From positions 1,551,690-1,615,689 of the forward strand of contig MU058384.1 of assembly GCA_013265495.1 (NCBI GenBank): 64,000 bases of DNA, given 5' to 3'. Numbering within the stretch: position 1 is the stretch's first letter; every line of letters starts with the position of its first letter. Below, in pieces: positions 25,857 through 38,774 of the stretch. Under the pieces are notes generated by a model, which saw nothing but the letters and a program-made list of their open reading frames with translations, searched no databases and had not been told where the DNA came from. The translations under genes were made by a program, and so were the position numbers. Source of the DNA: Vicugna vicugna (taxonomy: Eukaryota).

Positions 25857-26675
25857 GATTTATTTATTCGTTCATTCAAACATTTATTGAGCACATGTCA
25901 TATACCAGGAACTGTCCAGGCACTGGGGACAGGGTCCCTGCCTTCATGAAGTCTACATTCTGGAGATCAGGGAAAGAGAAAAAACAAGGAAACCAAATAA
26001 ATGCACAAGGCAATTCTGGAGAGTATCAAGTGTCAGGAAGGCGAAAAAGCACTATGCTGACGGAGACAGACGGGGGTGGTGGGTGAGGAGCAGAAAGCTG
26101 GTGGAGATGGGGCAGGTAGGAAGACTTCTCCCAAGAGGTATAATTTAAGCTGGAACTTGCATGAAGAGAAAGATCCAGATCTGAAGGATCTGAGGGAAGA
26201 GAGCAAGCAGGTACAAAAGCCCTGAGGCAGGAACAAGCTTGGCATGATTAAGAACAGAGGAGGCAGTGGCCAAATTATGTTGATCTTTGCAGGTCATGGT
26301 AAAGAGTTGAGATTTTATTCTAAGTATGATTGGAAAAAAAAACCCTTAAACTATGATTACCAAAGGGGAAAGGATGGGGTGGGGGATAAATTAGGAGTTT
26401 GGGATTAATAGATACATATTACTGTATTAAAAATAGATAAACAACCAGGACCTACAATATAGCACAGGGAACCATAATCAATTTCTTGTAATAACAAATA
26501 ATGGAAAAGAATCTGAAATATATGTATATATTAATAGTTAATATATATATAACTGAATCACTTTGCTGTACTAACATTGTAAGTCAACTACAATTCAATC
26601 ATAAATAATTTTTTTTAAAACCTTAGAAGGTTTGAAGCAAGAGGAGATATGATCTGATTTAGTTTTTAGAGATAA
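25857..26675 (-). mobile_element. LINE-2 3' region interrupted by an L1 3' end
   Basis: ttcattcaaacatttattgagcac...gtccctgccttcatgaagtctacattctgg...aaaagccctgaggcaggaac; resumes after the L1 at gaaggtttgaagcaag...atgatctgattt. Confidence 0.85.
26348..26615 (+). mobile_element. 5'-truncated LINE-1 3'UTR
   Basis: ttaccaaaggggaaagg...gggataaattaggagtttgggatt...atagcacagggaac...aactgaatcactttgctgtac; loose TSD aaaaccctta/aaaacctta. Confidence 0.9.
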
Positions 26676-28389
26676 AAATCTCAGTTAATCTTACTCTTCA
26701 CCTTAGGGCAGTAATACGTTTCAAAGAGCTGGTGTCCAAATAATATAGAATAAAGGAATAATGATGACATAATTTATGAAGCAAGAATGATCCCCGTTGG
26801 GGAGAGAGCATGAGACTCCAAAAGGAGTGCAGTCCCTAAAGACAGTCTGCATCTGAAGGTGGACTACTCGGAGATTTCCTGGTCCCACCCGTCAATCAAG
26901 GATACAGACCCCAACAGGAGTCACCCACAAAAGCAAGCCAGAAGCCAGCTCTTGGATAGGCAAACACACTAGGAAGATTCTTAGGACAGGAACCAAGGAG
27001 ATCTGGCTAACTCAGAAGCCCAGGATTTATAGCGAATGAGAGGAGAGAAAGCAGGGAAGGAGGTGTTGGGATGAGGAGCTTAGAGAGCAGAAAATACAGC
27101 TCAGGGACTCAGAGGGAGCATCGCCACCAGCACCACCTGTCTCCTAGTAGGGTTCATTTCTGGGGAACAGCGTGGAGATCTTGGAGACTGTCACCTTCTG
27201 TTTGGTGTGGGTGGGGCTGTATCTTTGTGTAAAATGAGAGTGGAATCCACTCTGGGAAAATGAGAAAAGACAAGTTCGAGGAAATTGGGAAGGAAGGAAG
27301 CTCCAAGTTTAGCATGATTTTTCTTAATTAACCTTCTCTGGTCCTTATTAGTAATCTCCGTTATTTTGTCAAGGCATACATCATGTTTATTTAATAGCCT
27401 GTCCTGAAATTTTGCAGGATTGTTGAAGTCACAACTATAGGCAAATTGAGTTGTGTGTACTCTGTAAACTTAAGGGGGTAATTTTCATAAATCTAATAAA
27501 CTTCTTATTCTCCCTTCTCAGTCTTTCCTGCCCTATTCTCCCTCCCAATTTCTCTGTCTCTCAAACTCTCTCCTTTCTTCATTTCTGCTCTGCCCCTTCC
27601 TCTCTCCTTTGTATGTTTGTATGTGGATAGGTAAAATAAAATAACAACAAATATTTGCAGGGAATCAGTATAAACTTGTATCTTCTGTTTTTCTTTTACT
27701 TTCTTTTTTAACATTAGAGAACATTCGCCCTTCTCCAGGCTTCAAGCGTATTTGATATGATCCAGAATTTCTTAAAAAAAAAACAAATAAACAAACAAAA
27801 ACTGAAAAGAAGTCCCCCTCAGTGGTTCACTGTTTATTTCTGCAAGTTCTTTACTTGGGTGTTATTCCCTTGGATCTGAAGACGTGAAATCATTTAAAGC
27901 AGCTAGGGGTTCCCTAACTATCTCTTCCGTTGACTTGTGTTTCAGTTTCCTCTTAATCATGTTTACTGGATGCTCTTTGGTGTGATAGGCTTGCTGCAGA
28001 AAGCGGAGGGAGGACAGGAGCCGAGGAGTTCTGCTTTCCGCGTGTCCTCTGTTAACATTGCACCATCCACCCCGGGGAACTGGTCTATTCCTTCCCTGTT
28101 CTCCTCTGGGTAGTAAACAGATTTACAGAGGGAAAAAGAAAGAGGAGAACAAAGGGTGTGCTACCCACGGATGGGGGATGGGAAGGGAATGCTACTCCTT
28201 GGTGCAGGATCACAGACTGTTTATCCATGTCGGGTCAGGCCCCAAAGCCACCTGCTCGCTTCCATGTCTGCTATGGCCTCTCTTGCACAGCTCCCGCCAA
28301 AAAGTCATTAAGAGGAAATGGGGTAATATTGTGCGGTAGTTGCCTTTATCTTGATGGCTGTAACTACCATACAGAGACAGTCTTAATCA

Positions 28390-29160
28390 CCTCCAGCTTT
28401 CAAAACCCAGCTCAGGCAACTCCTCCACTACGCAACCTTCCCTGCACCTGCACCCCCACCTCCGCTCACCTCCAACAAACTCACAGCCTCCCTTCTCTGT
28501 GCTGCACCTGCACCTTAAATCTCTACTCCTAGTCTCCATGCACTGAAACCTGACATTTCTATGTCTGTCTCTTAGTTGATTGGGATTAGTGTGTTAGTTT
28601 GCTCGGACTGTCATAACAAATTACTACAAACCAAGTGGCTTAAACCACAGAAACTGATTGTCTCACAGTGTTTGAAGCTACAAGTCTGAGATCAAGATGT
28701 CAGGGCTGATTCCTTCTGAAGACTGTGAGAAAAATTCTGTTCCATGGCTCTCTCATAGTTTCTGGCAGCTTGCGGGCCATCTTTGGTGTTCCTTGACTTG
28801 TCCATACTTCACCCCATCTCTGCCTTCACATTCAAATGGCACCCTCCCTGCATGTATGCCTTTCTCTGCACGTGGCATTCTGTGTACAAGGACACGAGTC
28901 ATATTGGATTAGGGGCTCACCCTGCTCCAGTGTGACCTCATCTTAACTGATTATATCTGAAACTAGCTTATTTCCAAATAAGGTCACATTCTGAGGTAAC
29001 TAAGGATTAGGACTTCAACATATGGATTTTGGAGGGAATAGAATTCAATCCATAACAATCAGTTTCCATGTTTTATTCATCTTTGCATACCTGACACCTA
29101 GCTCAATGCCTGGTCTTTGCTTGAAGTCCAAGGTCTTCAATAATACATGTTTAATTGGCT
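28390..29160 (+). mobile_element. LINE-2 3' remnant split by an MLT1 LTR
   Basis: L2-like sequence before 28585 and ttttattcatctttgcatacctgacacctagctcaatgcctgg after 29062. Confidence 0.55.
28590..29057 (-). mobile_element. MaLR solo LTR (MLT1C-like)
   Basis: TG...CA termini, 468 bp, ataacaaattactacaaaccaagtggcttaaac...tttccaaataaggtcacattctgagg; 5-bp TSD attag/atcag. Confidence 0.92.
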
Positions 29161-29539
29161 TAAATATCTCTGCCACTTTCAGTGCCAATGCAGGCCGAAT
29201 TGAACATGGGAGCTACATTTTTTTTCCTGAAAGGTAAAAATATTGTTCTGAAAACAGAACAGGTCCCTTTGTTGTCAAGAGACCGCACATGATCACTGGT
29301 GGCTTGGATAATAACATGTACCTCAGTCCTACTGCAAGAGGACTCCATGTGATCACGTGTGTCAAGCTCACTGTCTGGCACACAGAGGCAGCAACCCAAC
29401 CCTTTGCCTGGCTCCCATGACTAAACACATAAAGAATGGGGCCCTTGAAACCCATAGACCACACTCATCTTGCAGATACTTGCAAAGACAGATCCTCACT
29501 CCTCCTCCATTTCACCTTATCTTCTAATAGAATGCAAAC

Positions 29540-29975
29540 ATGATGAAATGCAGAGATGAACAGAGCACAGCGTTTTCTTAAAGAGGTTCACAGTCTGGTG
29601 GGAAAAGAGAATGTGGCAAATATTACAACAGTGTGAAACAGGGTGCAGTGGGAAGGCAGGGGCCTAGGAGAAGGGGGTGAATCTTCAAAGGCTGGTATCA
29701 GTGAGCCAGGCAAGGAGATGGGTGAAGGTCTTTCCAGGAAGTGGGTATAGTTTGATAAAATCCCAGAGGTCAGAGAGCAGTAAGTAATTCTACCAGGCTG
29801 CTCAGCGCAGCCCTAGGAATCTGAGGTCAAGGGTCAGATTAAGAGGGTCAGGCAAATCACACTGAGGAGCTTGGACTTCAGGCAATAACTGAAGGTTCTA
29901 ACCACTGGACTAGCACTGCCAGGTCTGCAATTTAGGATGATCACTGACCACAGCAAGATTTTACTGGAAGAGGCC
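29540..29975 (-). mobile_element. LINE-2 fragment
   Basis: gaggttcacagtctggtggg...gaggagcttggactt...tttaggatgatcactgacc. Confidence 0.65.
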
Positions 29976-30114
29976 TACATGGGTCAGAGAATGTCGGCTA
30001 GAAATAGTCATAGAGGCACGAATTAAAGATGGACAAGGGCAGAGGGGCACAGGGCAGAGAGAACGAGGAAGAAGCTGTGGACTCTCCCTGGGCCCCCCAG
30101 GTCCCCTGGCATCC

Positions 30115-30556
30115 TTGCTAACATTTCCTGTGTGCCCCTCCTCCCACTGGGCTTGGGCTTGGATGTCCACATCCCCCCACACCTGTGCTGCCTTTTTGGA
30201 GACACCACTTGGCCACTGGAGGGCCCTGCCCACAGGCATAAAGAGCACAAAGTGATGAGACGTTCACTCTTCACAAACCACCCTCACCACCACTAACCCC
30301 TCAAATCCCCTAGTCCTTAGCCAGTGGTTAAAAAATATAAAATACAAAAACCTGGTTGCTTTGATTCTGCTCGGACAGATTCCAAGGCATAAGTTATACT
30401 TCGAAAGTTCTCCATGGGATCAGGTTAGAACCATGCCCTTCCCTGTCTTATTTCCCTTATTCCTTAACCTGCTTCTCCTGGAAACACTTCCTTAATAAAT
30501 CACTTACACATGAGTTCTTCCCCTGAGATGTCCCTCTGGTGAACTTGTCCAAAGAA
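30115..30556 (+). mobile_element. ERVL LTR (LTR16-like)
   Basis: 3' end ctcctggaaacacttccttaataaatcacttacacatgagttctt...ctctggtgaacttgtccaaaga matches the LTR16 U5; 5' boundary uncertain. Confidence 0.65.
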
Positions 30557-32145
30557 GATTTGAGAGCTATTGAAAAAACTTTTAGTATACTGAGCTTGGC
30601 AAGTATTGGATATGGGAAGCTCTGATATTAGCCAGAAGAAAAATATTCAGTGCAACTCAAACTATACTTACAAAAAGTATTTGGGAACCAAAAGGACAAA
30701 TGCTGTCCAAGTAAAGTGTTAATTTTATGCCTAATTTTCATTCTTCCTTTGATTCTATTGCGAGGGGGGGGTCATTTGATCATTTAATTACTCAAGATTT
30801 GTTACTCCAAATTCAGGGCACACATAGGATGCCATGGACATCCATCCTTCTTTAGTAGGATTTTAATGTAATTACCTTTGTATGAAGAAGGTAAGAATGA
30901 CTGGCGATACCTGCCAAGCCTCATGGTCTTCTCCTTCATTACCCACTTCTCACGACTCCTCCTCCACTTTCCATATTGTCACTGGTTTTCTCCAAATGCC
31001 TCAAATGCTTTACTCCCCAAGAATGGCCATTGCCCAGTGTTCTGCTCTGACTCTTCTCGTTCGGGCCACCCTCACCCTACCTTTAGTTCTGAGCAATATG
31101 CTTCCTCCTCCTCTTGTCTTTTTAAATTGGTGAATTAACAAATGAGGGGCATGTGCTACATTCTGCAGAGTCTGAGCTCACCAGATATGACTACAAAGCA
31201 CTGCAGAGGGCTTCTGTTGTTACCTGTGGATGAAGCCTCATAGTCTGTAAATGTATCCTAAGCATACTTGGAGTCTGCTATTGCAATCAAATAAAATTTA
31301 CAACATAGTTAATCTGATACAAATGTAATGACAAGTATAATGAGTATTACATTGTAGGTGTTAACAAACCATAAGAAACTCACAGAAAGGTCATGCAATA
31401 GCTAACTTCCACACAGGCAAAGTAAATATGTAATTTTTTAAAGTTCCCTTTAGAGAATCTGTAAATCAGTATTTAGGCAAACCATCAGTTTCCAGGTCAC
31501 ACTCAATTTAAACAAAAAAATTCCTAGATTTTAAACCCCGCCCCCCATGATTATGTTTCAGCCTCTGAGGCCTGCTTATGTTGCCACTGTGCCAGGTGCT
31601 GCAGAAACAGGGGAAATGGCAGCACTGTCTTCGTCATCACGCAGTTCTCACTTCCAGCCCCCAGCATCTAGGACTGACACTTCTTGGGTTGCAATCCTGC
31701 CTTCCTGTGTCCCCAGTTCTCTCATTGCCACACTCTGCCCTTCATCAGAACAGTCCTTGCTCATTGCCTCCTGGTCTCTGTCCTCAAGCTCCAGCCTGAG
31801 GCCTCCAGTCTGCAGAAACTCTGGTGCATAAGCCCACGGCTTCTCCGCTAAATCAGGTGGGTGTCAGCAGAATTGTTACTGTATTGATCTCAGGATGGAG
31901 TGGATACCAAAAAAATGAGACAAGGCACAGGGAAAAGATCTCAGGTCCTTTGAGTTGGGACAGAGTGAGACAGGGTAGGGCCCTGGGAATAGCACAGAGC
32001 AAAAGTGGGAAAGTAGACGGTCAGTTGGCCAAGCAGACGTGAACTTTGGCAAATCCCTATGTGCCCAGGAGCCGACCACACTGAGCAAAAGTTAGTAAGA
32101 GTCTTCCTTCTGATGAGAACTGGAGAGAGGGTAAAGACGATAAAA

Positions 32146-32400
32146 CAACAATCCTAGCATGTATTAAGGGCTGGCTATATGCCAGGGACCATGGCAAGCC
32201 CTAAATTCATTACTTGGTTTAATCTTCACAACCACCTTCTAAAGTAGTTCTTACTGCCATTTAGCAGATGGAAGAACCAAGGCTAAAAACCACACCACCA
32301 TGCCCAAAGACAAATAGCTAGTGAGAGGCCCAACAAGGTTCTGATACCAGCTCTGCCTGAATTCAAGCCACTATTCTTCATCACTTTGCTCTACTGCCTT
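32146..32400 (-). mobile_element. MIR, near full length
   Basis: ctatatgccaggg...tttaatcttcacaaccacc...ccatttagcagatggaagaaccaaggct...gcccaaagacaaatagctagtgag...ctctactgcct. Confidence 0.85.
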
Positions 32401-34039
32401 CACGAAAGACACCCAGATCTGCCGCCTTGCTTAAGTTTACACCAAACTGTAGCATGATTTTAGACACAAAGAAATGGCACCCCTTTCCCCGTTCTTGCCG
32501 CTTGCTTTCTGGTTCCTAGAATACAATGCAAGAAAAATACTTATAAATCAAAAGATGTGGGAGAAGTAAGGCATCAGTATGAATGAGCCTTGATCAAAAT
32601 ATAAATGGCAAGATGAGAGGCCACTACAGTTAGGAGGGACCCATCTCTGGTGAAAGGGACTCAAGAAGCAGGGATTAGAGACACAGGTCACCCTTCTGCC
32701 AAGTCTGGTCATAATTACACGCAGCCAAACACAGACCAACAGCAACCAGATCCAGAGATGCTGCTTTCTCCACCTGGGCTCCTGGGTGCAGAGCCCCTGC
32801 TAAGGCACTTGCACACTGAGGTAGACAGTGAGAGTTGCAACTCAGCCGTAGAGCAAGAGGAGACGTTCCATGAATAGAAAAAAATCACTCCTTTTCCTTT
32901 TCTCTCCATGTTAAGACCTGTCCTGGGGCGAGGCTCTGAAATGACTAATGAGTCTGAGACCTAAATTTCTAAATACTCATTTCCCCAAGTTCTTTACCCA
33001 TCTCTTGTGCTGAGAAATGGGGATGGTGACTTGAACTTGACGCACACCATCCCTTTGGGATAGATTCAGGACATTGCACTCAGTCAAGTAACCAACCTGT
33101 TTCATTGGTAGTAGATGGACATTAATTCAAAGATTCAAATAACGTTTTTGGCTCAGGCCTTGTGCCTCCCCACAAGGTCTTCATTCATCATCTTAGTGAA
33201 TTTACCAGAGTTCAGATCACTGCTGGGAACCCAGCCGGCTCAGATATGTGAATTGTCAGCACATCTCTTTCAGGGACAACTCACAATTACCAAGCTCATG
33301 GGGTAGATATATCAACTTGATGCCAATTTACTACTTATGCATGATAAGCAATGACCGTCACAGGGACTGAGGGACTTCAAGTCCAGACCACAGGTATATT
33401 TCTGGTGGCAGGCTCACCTCTATAAAAAGCCAAATCACATCGCAAAGTTTGCATGGGGGCCTGGGAGGAAGAAAAAAAAGAGTTAAAGAGGCAAACACTT
33501 AATGGCATCAGACTGAGATGGTCAGATGCAACCATCCTGCAGAAGAGAGGTCTGTCAGTTGAGGTTCCTTCTCCCAGGGTACATGATATTTAGATGTGTG
33601 GACAGGCAACTGGAAAGGTAGCATTTGAGACTCTTTTGCTACGTTTTCATGGCTAACCAGAACTTCAGCTTGGTTTTTTGTTGTTGTTGCTGTTGTTTTA
33701 AGAGGTGATAGTACATGATATCTGTTATTAATCGAATCTTTTAAGCCTAGGAGCCATTCTGTCTCTTTATGGTAAATTCCTTTCTCAGTTTCACTATTAT
33801 TTTACTATTACTTGTTTACCTTAAAAATGAATTCTCTTATAATCTTATATCCCTTTTAGAGCAAGTCTTTCCAGCTGCTAGTAAAAGCCTGATGCAAACC
33901 CCCAAACACTGGCAACAGGATGCACTTTAATATTATTGGTGAACAGAAGGAGGTTGAGTGACAGAATAGTAAGCCCAAATAACTTTCCCTGGCAAACCAA
34001 GATTTCAATAGTGGCAGACTATAGCTATATTGTATTGCT

Positions 34040-34812
34040 CACTTACTTATTCATTCTTCCATTCCATAAACATTTATTGAGAATCTACCATTGGCTTGGC
34101 ATGTTCTAGACACAGGGAACCAGACCCACCAAGTCACCACTTCTGCAAGCATTCAATGGAAGAGAGAGATTGGGAGACAGGTCAAAAACAAAACACACAA
34201 AAAGAGAGAAAGCAGCAGGCAGTGGCATGTGCTCTGATAAAAATAAAACATCTTACGGAGCAACTGGGTATGGTGGTAAGAAAAGTTCTCTCTGGAAATC
34301 ATCATTATAAGTGAAGTAAGGCAGAAAAAGAAAGAAAAATACCATATGATATCACTTATATGTGCAATCTAAAAAAACAAAAAACAAAAAACTTATTTAC
34401 AAAGTAGAAACAGACTCACAGACATAGAAAACAAACCTATGGTTATTGGGTGGGTGGGGGAAGGGAATGGGAAGGGATAAGTTGGGAGTTCGAGATTTGC
34501 AGATACTAATATATAAGAAATAGATAAACAACAATTTTATACTGTATAACACAGGGAACTATATTCAATATCTTGTAGTAACTTGTGGTGAAAGAGAATA
34601 TGAAGATGATTATATGTACATTCCTATATGACTGAAGCATTGTGCTGTACACCAGAAATTGACACAACATGGTAAACTGACTATACTTCAATAAAAATAT
34701 ATGTTAAAAAAAAAAGTTCTCTCTGAGGGGATGACCTATAAACTGAGAGCCACATAATAAGAAGGAAATAGTTATATGTCAGTCTGGGAGAAGAGCATTC
34801 CACACAAGGGTA
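34040..34812 (-). mobile_element. LINE-2 3' region interrupted by a young L1
   Basis: attcattcttccattccataaacatttattgagaatctac...; resumes tctctgaggggatgac...gggagaagagcattccac. Confidence 0.8.
34295..34711 (+). mobile_element. Young 5'-truncated LINE-1 3' end with perfect TSD
   Basis: 3'UTR ...ccagaaattgacacaacatggtaaactgactatacttcaataaaa plus A tail; perfect 14-bp TSD aaaagttctctctg at 34281-34294 and 34712-34725. Confidence 0.95.
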
Positions 34813-37482
34813 CATCTTTTACACTAAGTGTCTCTCACTTATGAGAATTTTACAATGATTCCTACAGATAGCAGTTGTGTCACAAATGCCCTCTAGAACA
34901 CTGAGGAGATAGAGGATAAATTTTAGACGCCTGTTGGTTTCAGGATACCATCCCTGGAACTTGTAACTGTCGAGACAGAACCATGTTCTCACCTTATTCA
35001 CCCAACCATTCTATACGTGGTAGATGATTAAGACGATAAACGAGAACTGCACATGGTTTGGTTGTTCCCCTGCTGCTCAACTTCTCCCCACCCCACCAAT
35101 AGCCTTAAAAGCCTGGCGTGTTGCCAGCATTGTCTCAATGCCTCTACTAATGTGGTGATATTGACCACTGATGCTTTCATAGGTGCATTTAATTTTCTGA
35201 GCAAGAAGCTGCTTGCTTGGTCAGATTTGCGTTCTTTCATTAACCCTTGCTCCTCGCGGCAGCACCAAAAAAAACAGAACAAAAACCGTCAGGTTCAGCG
35301 CCATCCGTTAGCAGGCAACGTTTATTCAGATTCTAGCCTCTGATTTCAATAATTGGGGCACATTTCGTTCTTGTTTCTCACACAGAAGTACAGTAGATGA
35401 GAAAGAAAAAAAAACTAAGAAGACAGACTAGATACATTTGTAGTGCCCTGAGTTTTTTTATATCAATAATACTGAGTGTTGAGCTGAAAGCAGCCCTTGT
35501 GAGAGGAAAAGGAGTGAGCATTTTGTCGTGGTCAGTGTACACAGTAACAATGTCTTGGCTTGTGGTTTGTGGGTTTCCTCTTGGCGTCCTCTGTTCCGCT
35601 AGGTTCTTGGCTGTTGTTTCCTAATTTAAAACTCACCATTTTAAAATGCTCTATGTTTTCCTATTTAATGTAGGAAAATACCCGAAATGTTCTAGTTTTA
35701 CAGCAATTTGTTATAAAAACATGCAAACTCATAGTTTGGGAGCTTTCCTCACAAACATCCGACATCCATATCCCTTACAGTCAGTTTTTTAAGATGTCAA
35801 ACTACATTCCTGTTGTATTAGTGCAGTGGAATTCACCTGACCCAAACATCTCCAAGTAGCTGTAGAAAGGATATCCCAGTGGGAATTAGCCACCACTGTT
35901 AGAATGAGAAAAAACGTTGTAAAACTCTGTCACCAGACACAGACCATAGACTTCCACATCCTTCCCTACACTCATCCTTCACTCTTACGTAACAAGATGT
36001 AACTTTGTATGCTCCGTATTAGAAGTTCAACTGTAGTGAACTGAAATTATACTAGGACTACACTTGCACTTCCTGCAGTTATGTGTGTCATCCTTCTCTG
36101 CTTACATGCCTCTCTGACTTCTTCTTTAACAGCTAAGAGTGTGGTAAGCAGTTGCCAAGGGTATCCAAACTTACTCTAGAGTGCTTAGGACTGGAATTTC
36201 CATAAGAAGTAACAATGTCTTGAATGTTCTTTCCCAAGAACTTCAGAGGAAGTTCCTAATACTCCTTGCATAACATTGAAATAATCAGACTAGTCACTTG
36301 AAAAAGTTCAATTGTGCATGTAACAATTCAATAAAAATGCTTAAACCTGAAAATCCCCAAACATCCATCCTCAGTGAGTCAGGCTTCATCTGGATCTTCA
36401 ACAACTAAATTGCATTGTAAAATATCCAGAATTTCTGCATAGGGCATGCATGCAAAGATATCAGTACTAGGGGATTATGAAACCAATGACAGAATTTTTA
36501 ATGAAATGCACTAAATAAATATCCAACTTAGAAATGTAGACATCAATTCAGAGTATTGACATAGCTTCATTATCTCCACTTAGAAATTTTATAAAATATT
36601 TGGGGACATTGTATTGACTTTTCTGTGCTTCAAGTGATTTACTAAGACTTTGGACAAATCAATTTCCTTCAGAATCATTCACCTGATTTCCATTTGTGAA
36701 ACAGGAATGGGAACAGTTCAAAACAGATCTGTATTTAAAGCTCTGACACTGCTTCAAATGGGAGTTATGTAACCAGGAAGGGCCTCTGTTGTTGTTGTTT
36801 ATTGAGTGATTCCAGAGAAGCACTTTCAATGACCACAGTTCAATCTCTTATTAGACACTGGAAGATATTGCCAACACAACTGGGTGTCACACTTCAGTCT
36901 GGGTTGGTCTACCTCATTAGCTGCCAGGTTATTAGCACATTACTTAGGGAAACTCATTAACTCTTTCAAAGGAAGTGACAGATTGAATGAAAATTTAGTA
37001 ACCCATGTGAGTAAGTGAACCCTTTCAAGAACTTCAGTGAATATGAAAAACATTGGGCAGCTTGTGCCTGAGTCTGTGTTCTTGCCTTTGATCCCAGCTA
37101 TCTGGTTCCTGACTAGGCTTTATCCCATAATTCAGGTCTCCTGGCTCCTCCCCCTAGAATGGCTCAAAATGCCCATTTGGGTAAAGTCCCTTTAACCTAC
37201 CCCAGCCCTCCCTTGATGCTGTCTCCTAGAGTTCACAATCAAACTACACTAATTGTGGATCAAAAGTATTTTCTTACTTGACTAATGACATTTATTCTGA
37301 TTGGTACAGTTCAATATATTGTGCCCTCGGGATACATTATTTCCTACATATTAATACATATTGATTAAGCATCTCTCTTACCCGAAATACATATCCTCAG
37401 TTTCTTTCCTTACTATGCATCCACATAACATCTGAAGGCTTTCAAGCGGAATTTATCTTATTCTGCCTTATCCATTGAGTGC

Positions 37483-38043
37483 TGAGATAGGTAAAATGCT
37501 AAGGGGACCAACAACAGCCCTGTACTTTTGTATAATTCCTTCCTCTTGAATGTGGGGAGACCCTAAGATCATGGTGGGATAGCGCTTCCATGCGTGGGTC
37601 ATATTGTATGTCACAGGGACCTAATCTGATTTCATCAACGTGTACATAAAAGGGCCAGAGCTCTTCTTGCTAAAAGAGATTTGAAATGTAAGAGGGATTA
37701 GACACAAGGGGGATTCTCTGATGCTGGCTTCAAAGATGGAGGGAGGACATGGCAAGGACCTGAGAGCAGTAGCCGCTAGGAGCTGAAAGCAGCCTCTGGC
37801 AGCCAGGAGGATAACAGGCACTTCAGTCCTACAACTTCCTGGAACTGAGTGAGCTTAGAAGAGGACTCCAAGCCTCCAGATAAGAACTCAACTCAGCCAA
37901 AACTTTGCTGTGAGACCCTAAGCAGAGAACAGCTGAGTCGCACTTAGACTACTGAATTAAGAGCAGTGAGCTGATCAGTGGATATTGTTTTAAGCCACTA
38001 GGTTTGTGGGTAATTTGTTACACAGCAATAGAACAATAATACA
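37483..38043 (+). mobile_element. MaLR solo LTR (MLT1E/D-like)
   Basis: TG...CA termini; gctggcttcaaagatggaggg; ends ttttaagccactaggtttgtgggtaatttgttacacagcaatagaacaataataca; perfect 5-bp TSD AGTGC (37478-37482 / 38044-38048). Confidence 0.93.
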
Positions 38044-38774
38044 AGTGCCATACCCCACTGCTAGACGGTAAACTCTCTTAAATCCAAGGTTTTGTACACA
38101 TCTGTTTTATCTCCTAGGTGTCTTTGGAAATAAACATCCTAGGTTGACCTTTCCAGTGGGAACCACTTGCTACGTTTCCTTAACTGGCTTATATAGGGAG
38201 CACTTGAAGGTCCTACTAGTATAGGGTGACTATAGTCTCATTACTTTCAGGCCTAGGTTCTTGTTCTGGTTTCAGAGAGACTTGGGGTAATGTTTTCAAT
38301 ATAAAAGAAGAAGTCATTTGGACTTCCAAGTACTAAATTTAAAAAAGAGAGGTAAGAGGCAAGGAATCAGGAAATTTTCTGAAACGTGTATGTCTTTCCC
38401 ACGATTGTTTCATTTGTTCCTCCTGCCAGCTGTGACATCGCATTGGAAGAATGACTAACGTAGTTTTCAAAGACTCAGGAGTGAGTTGGATGTAAGAGTT
38501 AGCCAAGCGGAAGTTAGCCAGGAGCAAAGAAGGGGAAGAACATTCCAAAGAAAAGGGATATTTCATAAAATATTTGGGAAAAGAAGAGAGCAGGCCTGTT
38601 CAAGAGATCCCAGTATTTCTGTATGACTCAAGTCTAGTGTAGAAGGGGAGAGGGCAACTTCTAGAGCATGAAGACAAGAACCAAAAGACCTTGACTTTTT
38701 CTCTGGTTTGAAGACCAGCTTTTCATGTGGGAGATTCAGAGGGCCAGCTGCCACTCAAAATTTAATGGGTGTCT

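Noticed and set aside
32650..32877. 75-aa ORF with protein-like composition
   Set aside because: GTG start, no clear flanking splice sites, no recognisable homology.
35985..35992. Second TTACGTAA palindrome plus several CACGTG sites across the window (circadian module?)
   Set aside because: Sites are scattered, several lie in repeats, and counts are close to chance expectation.
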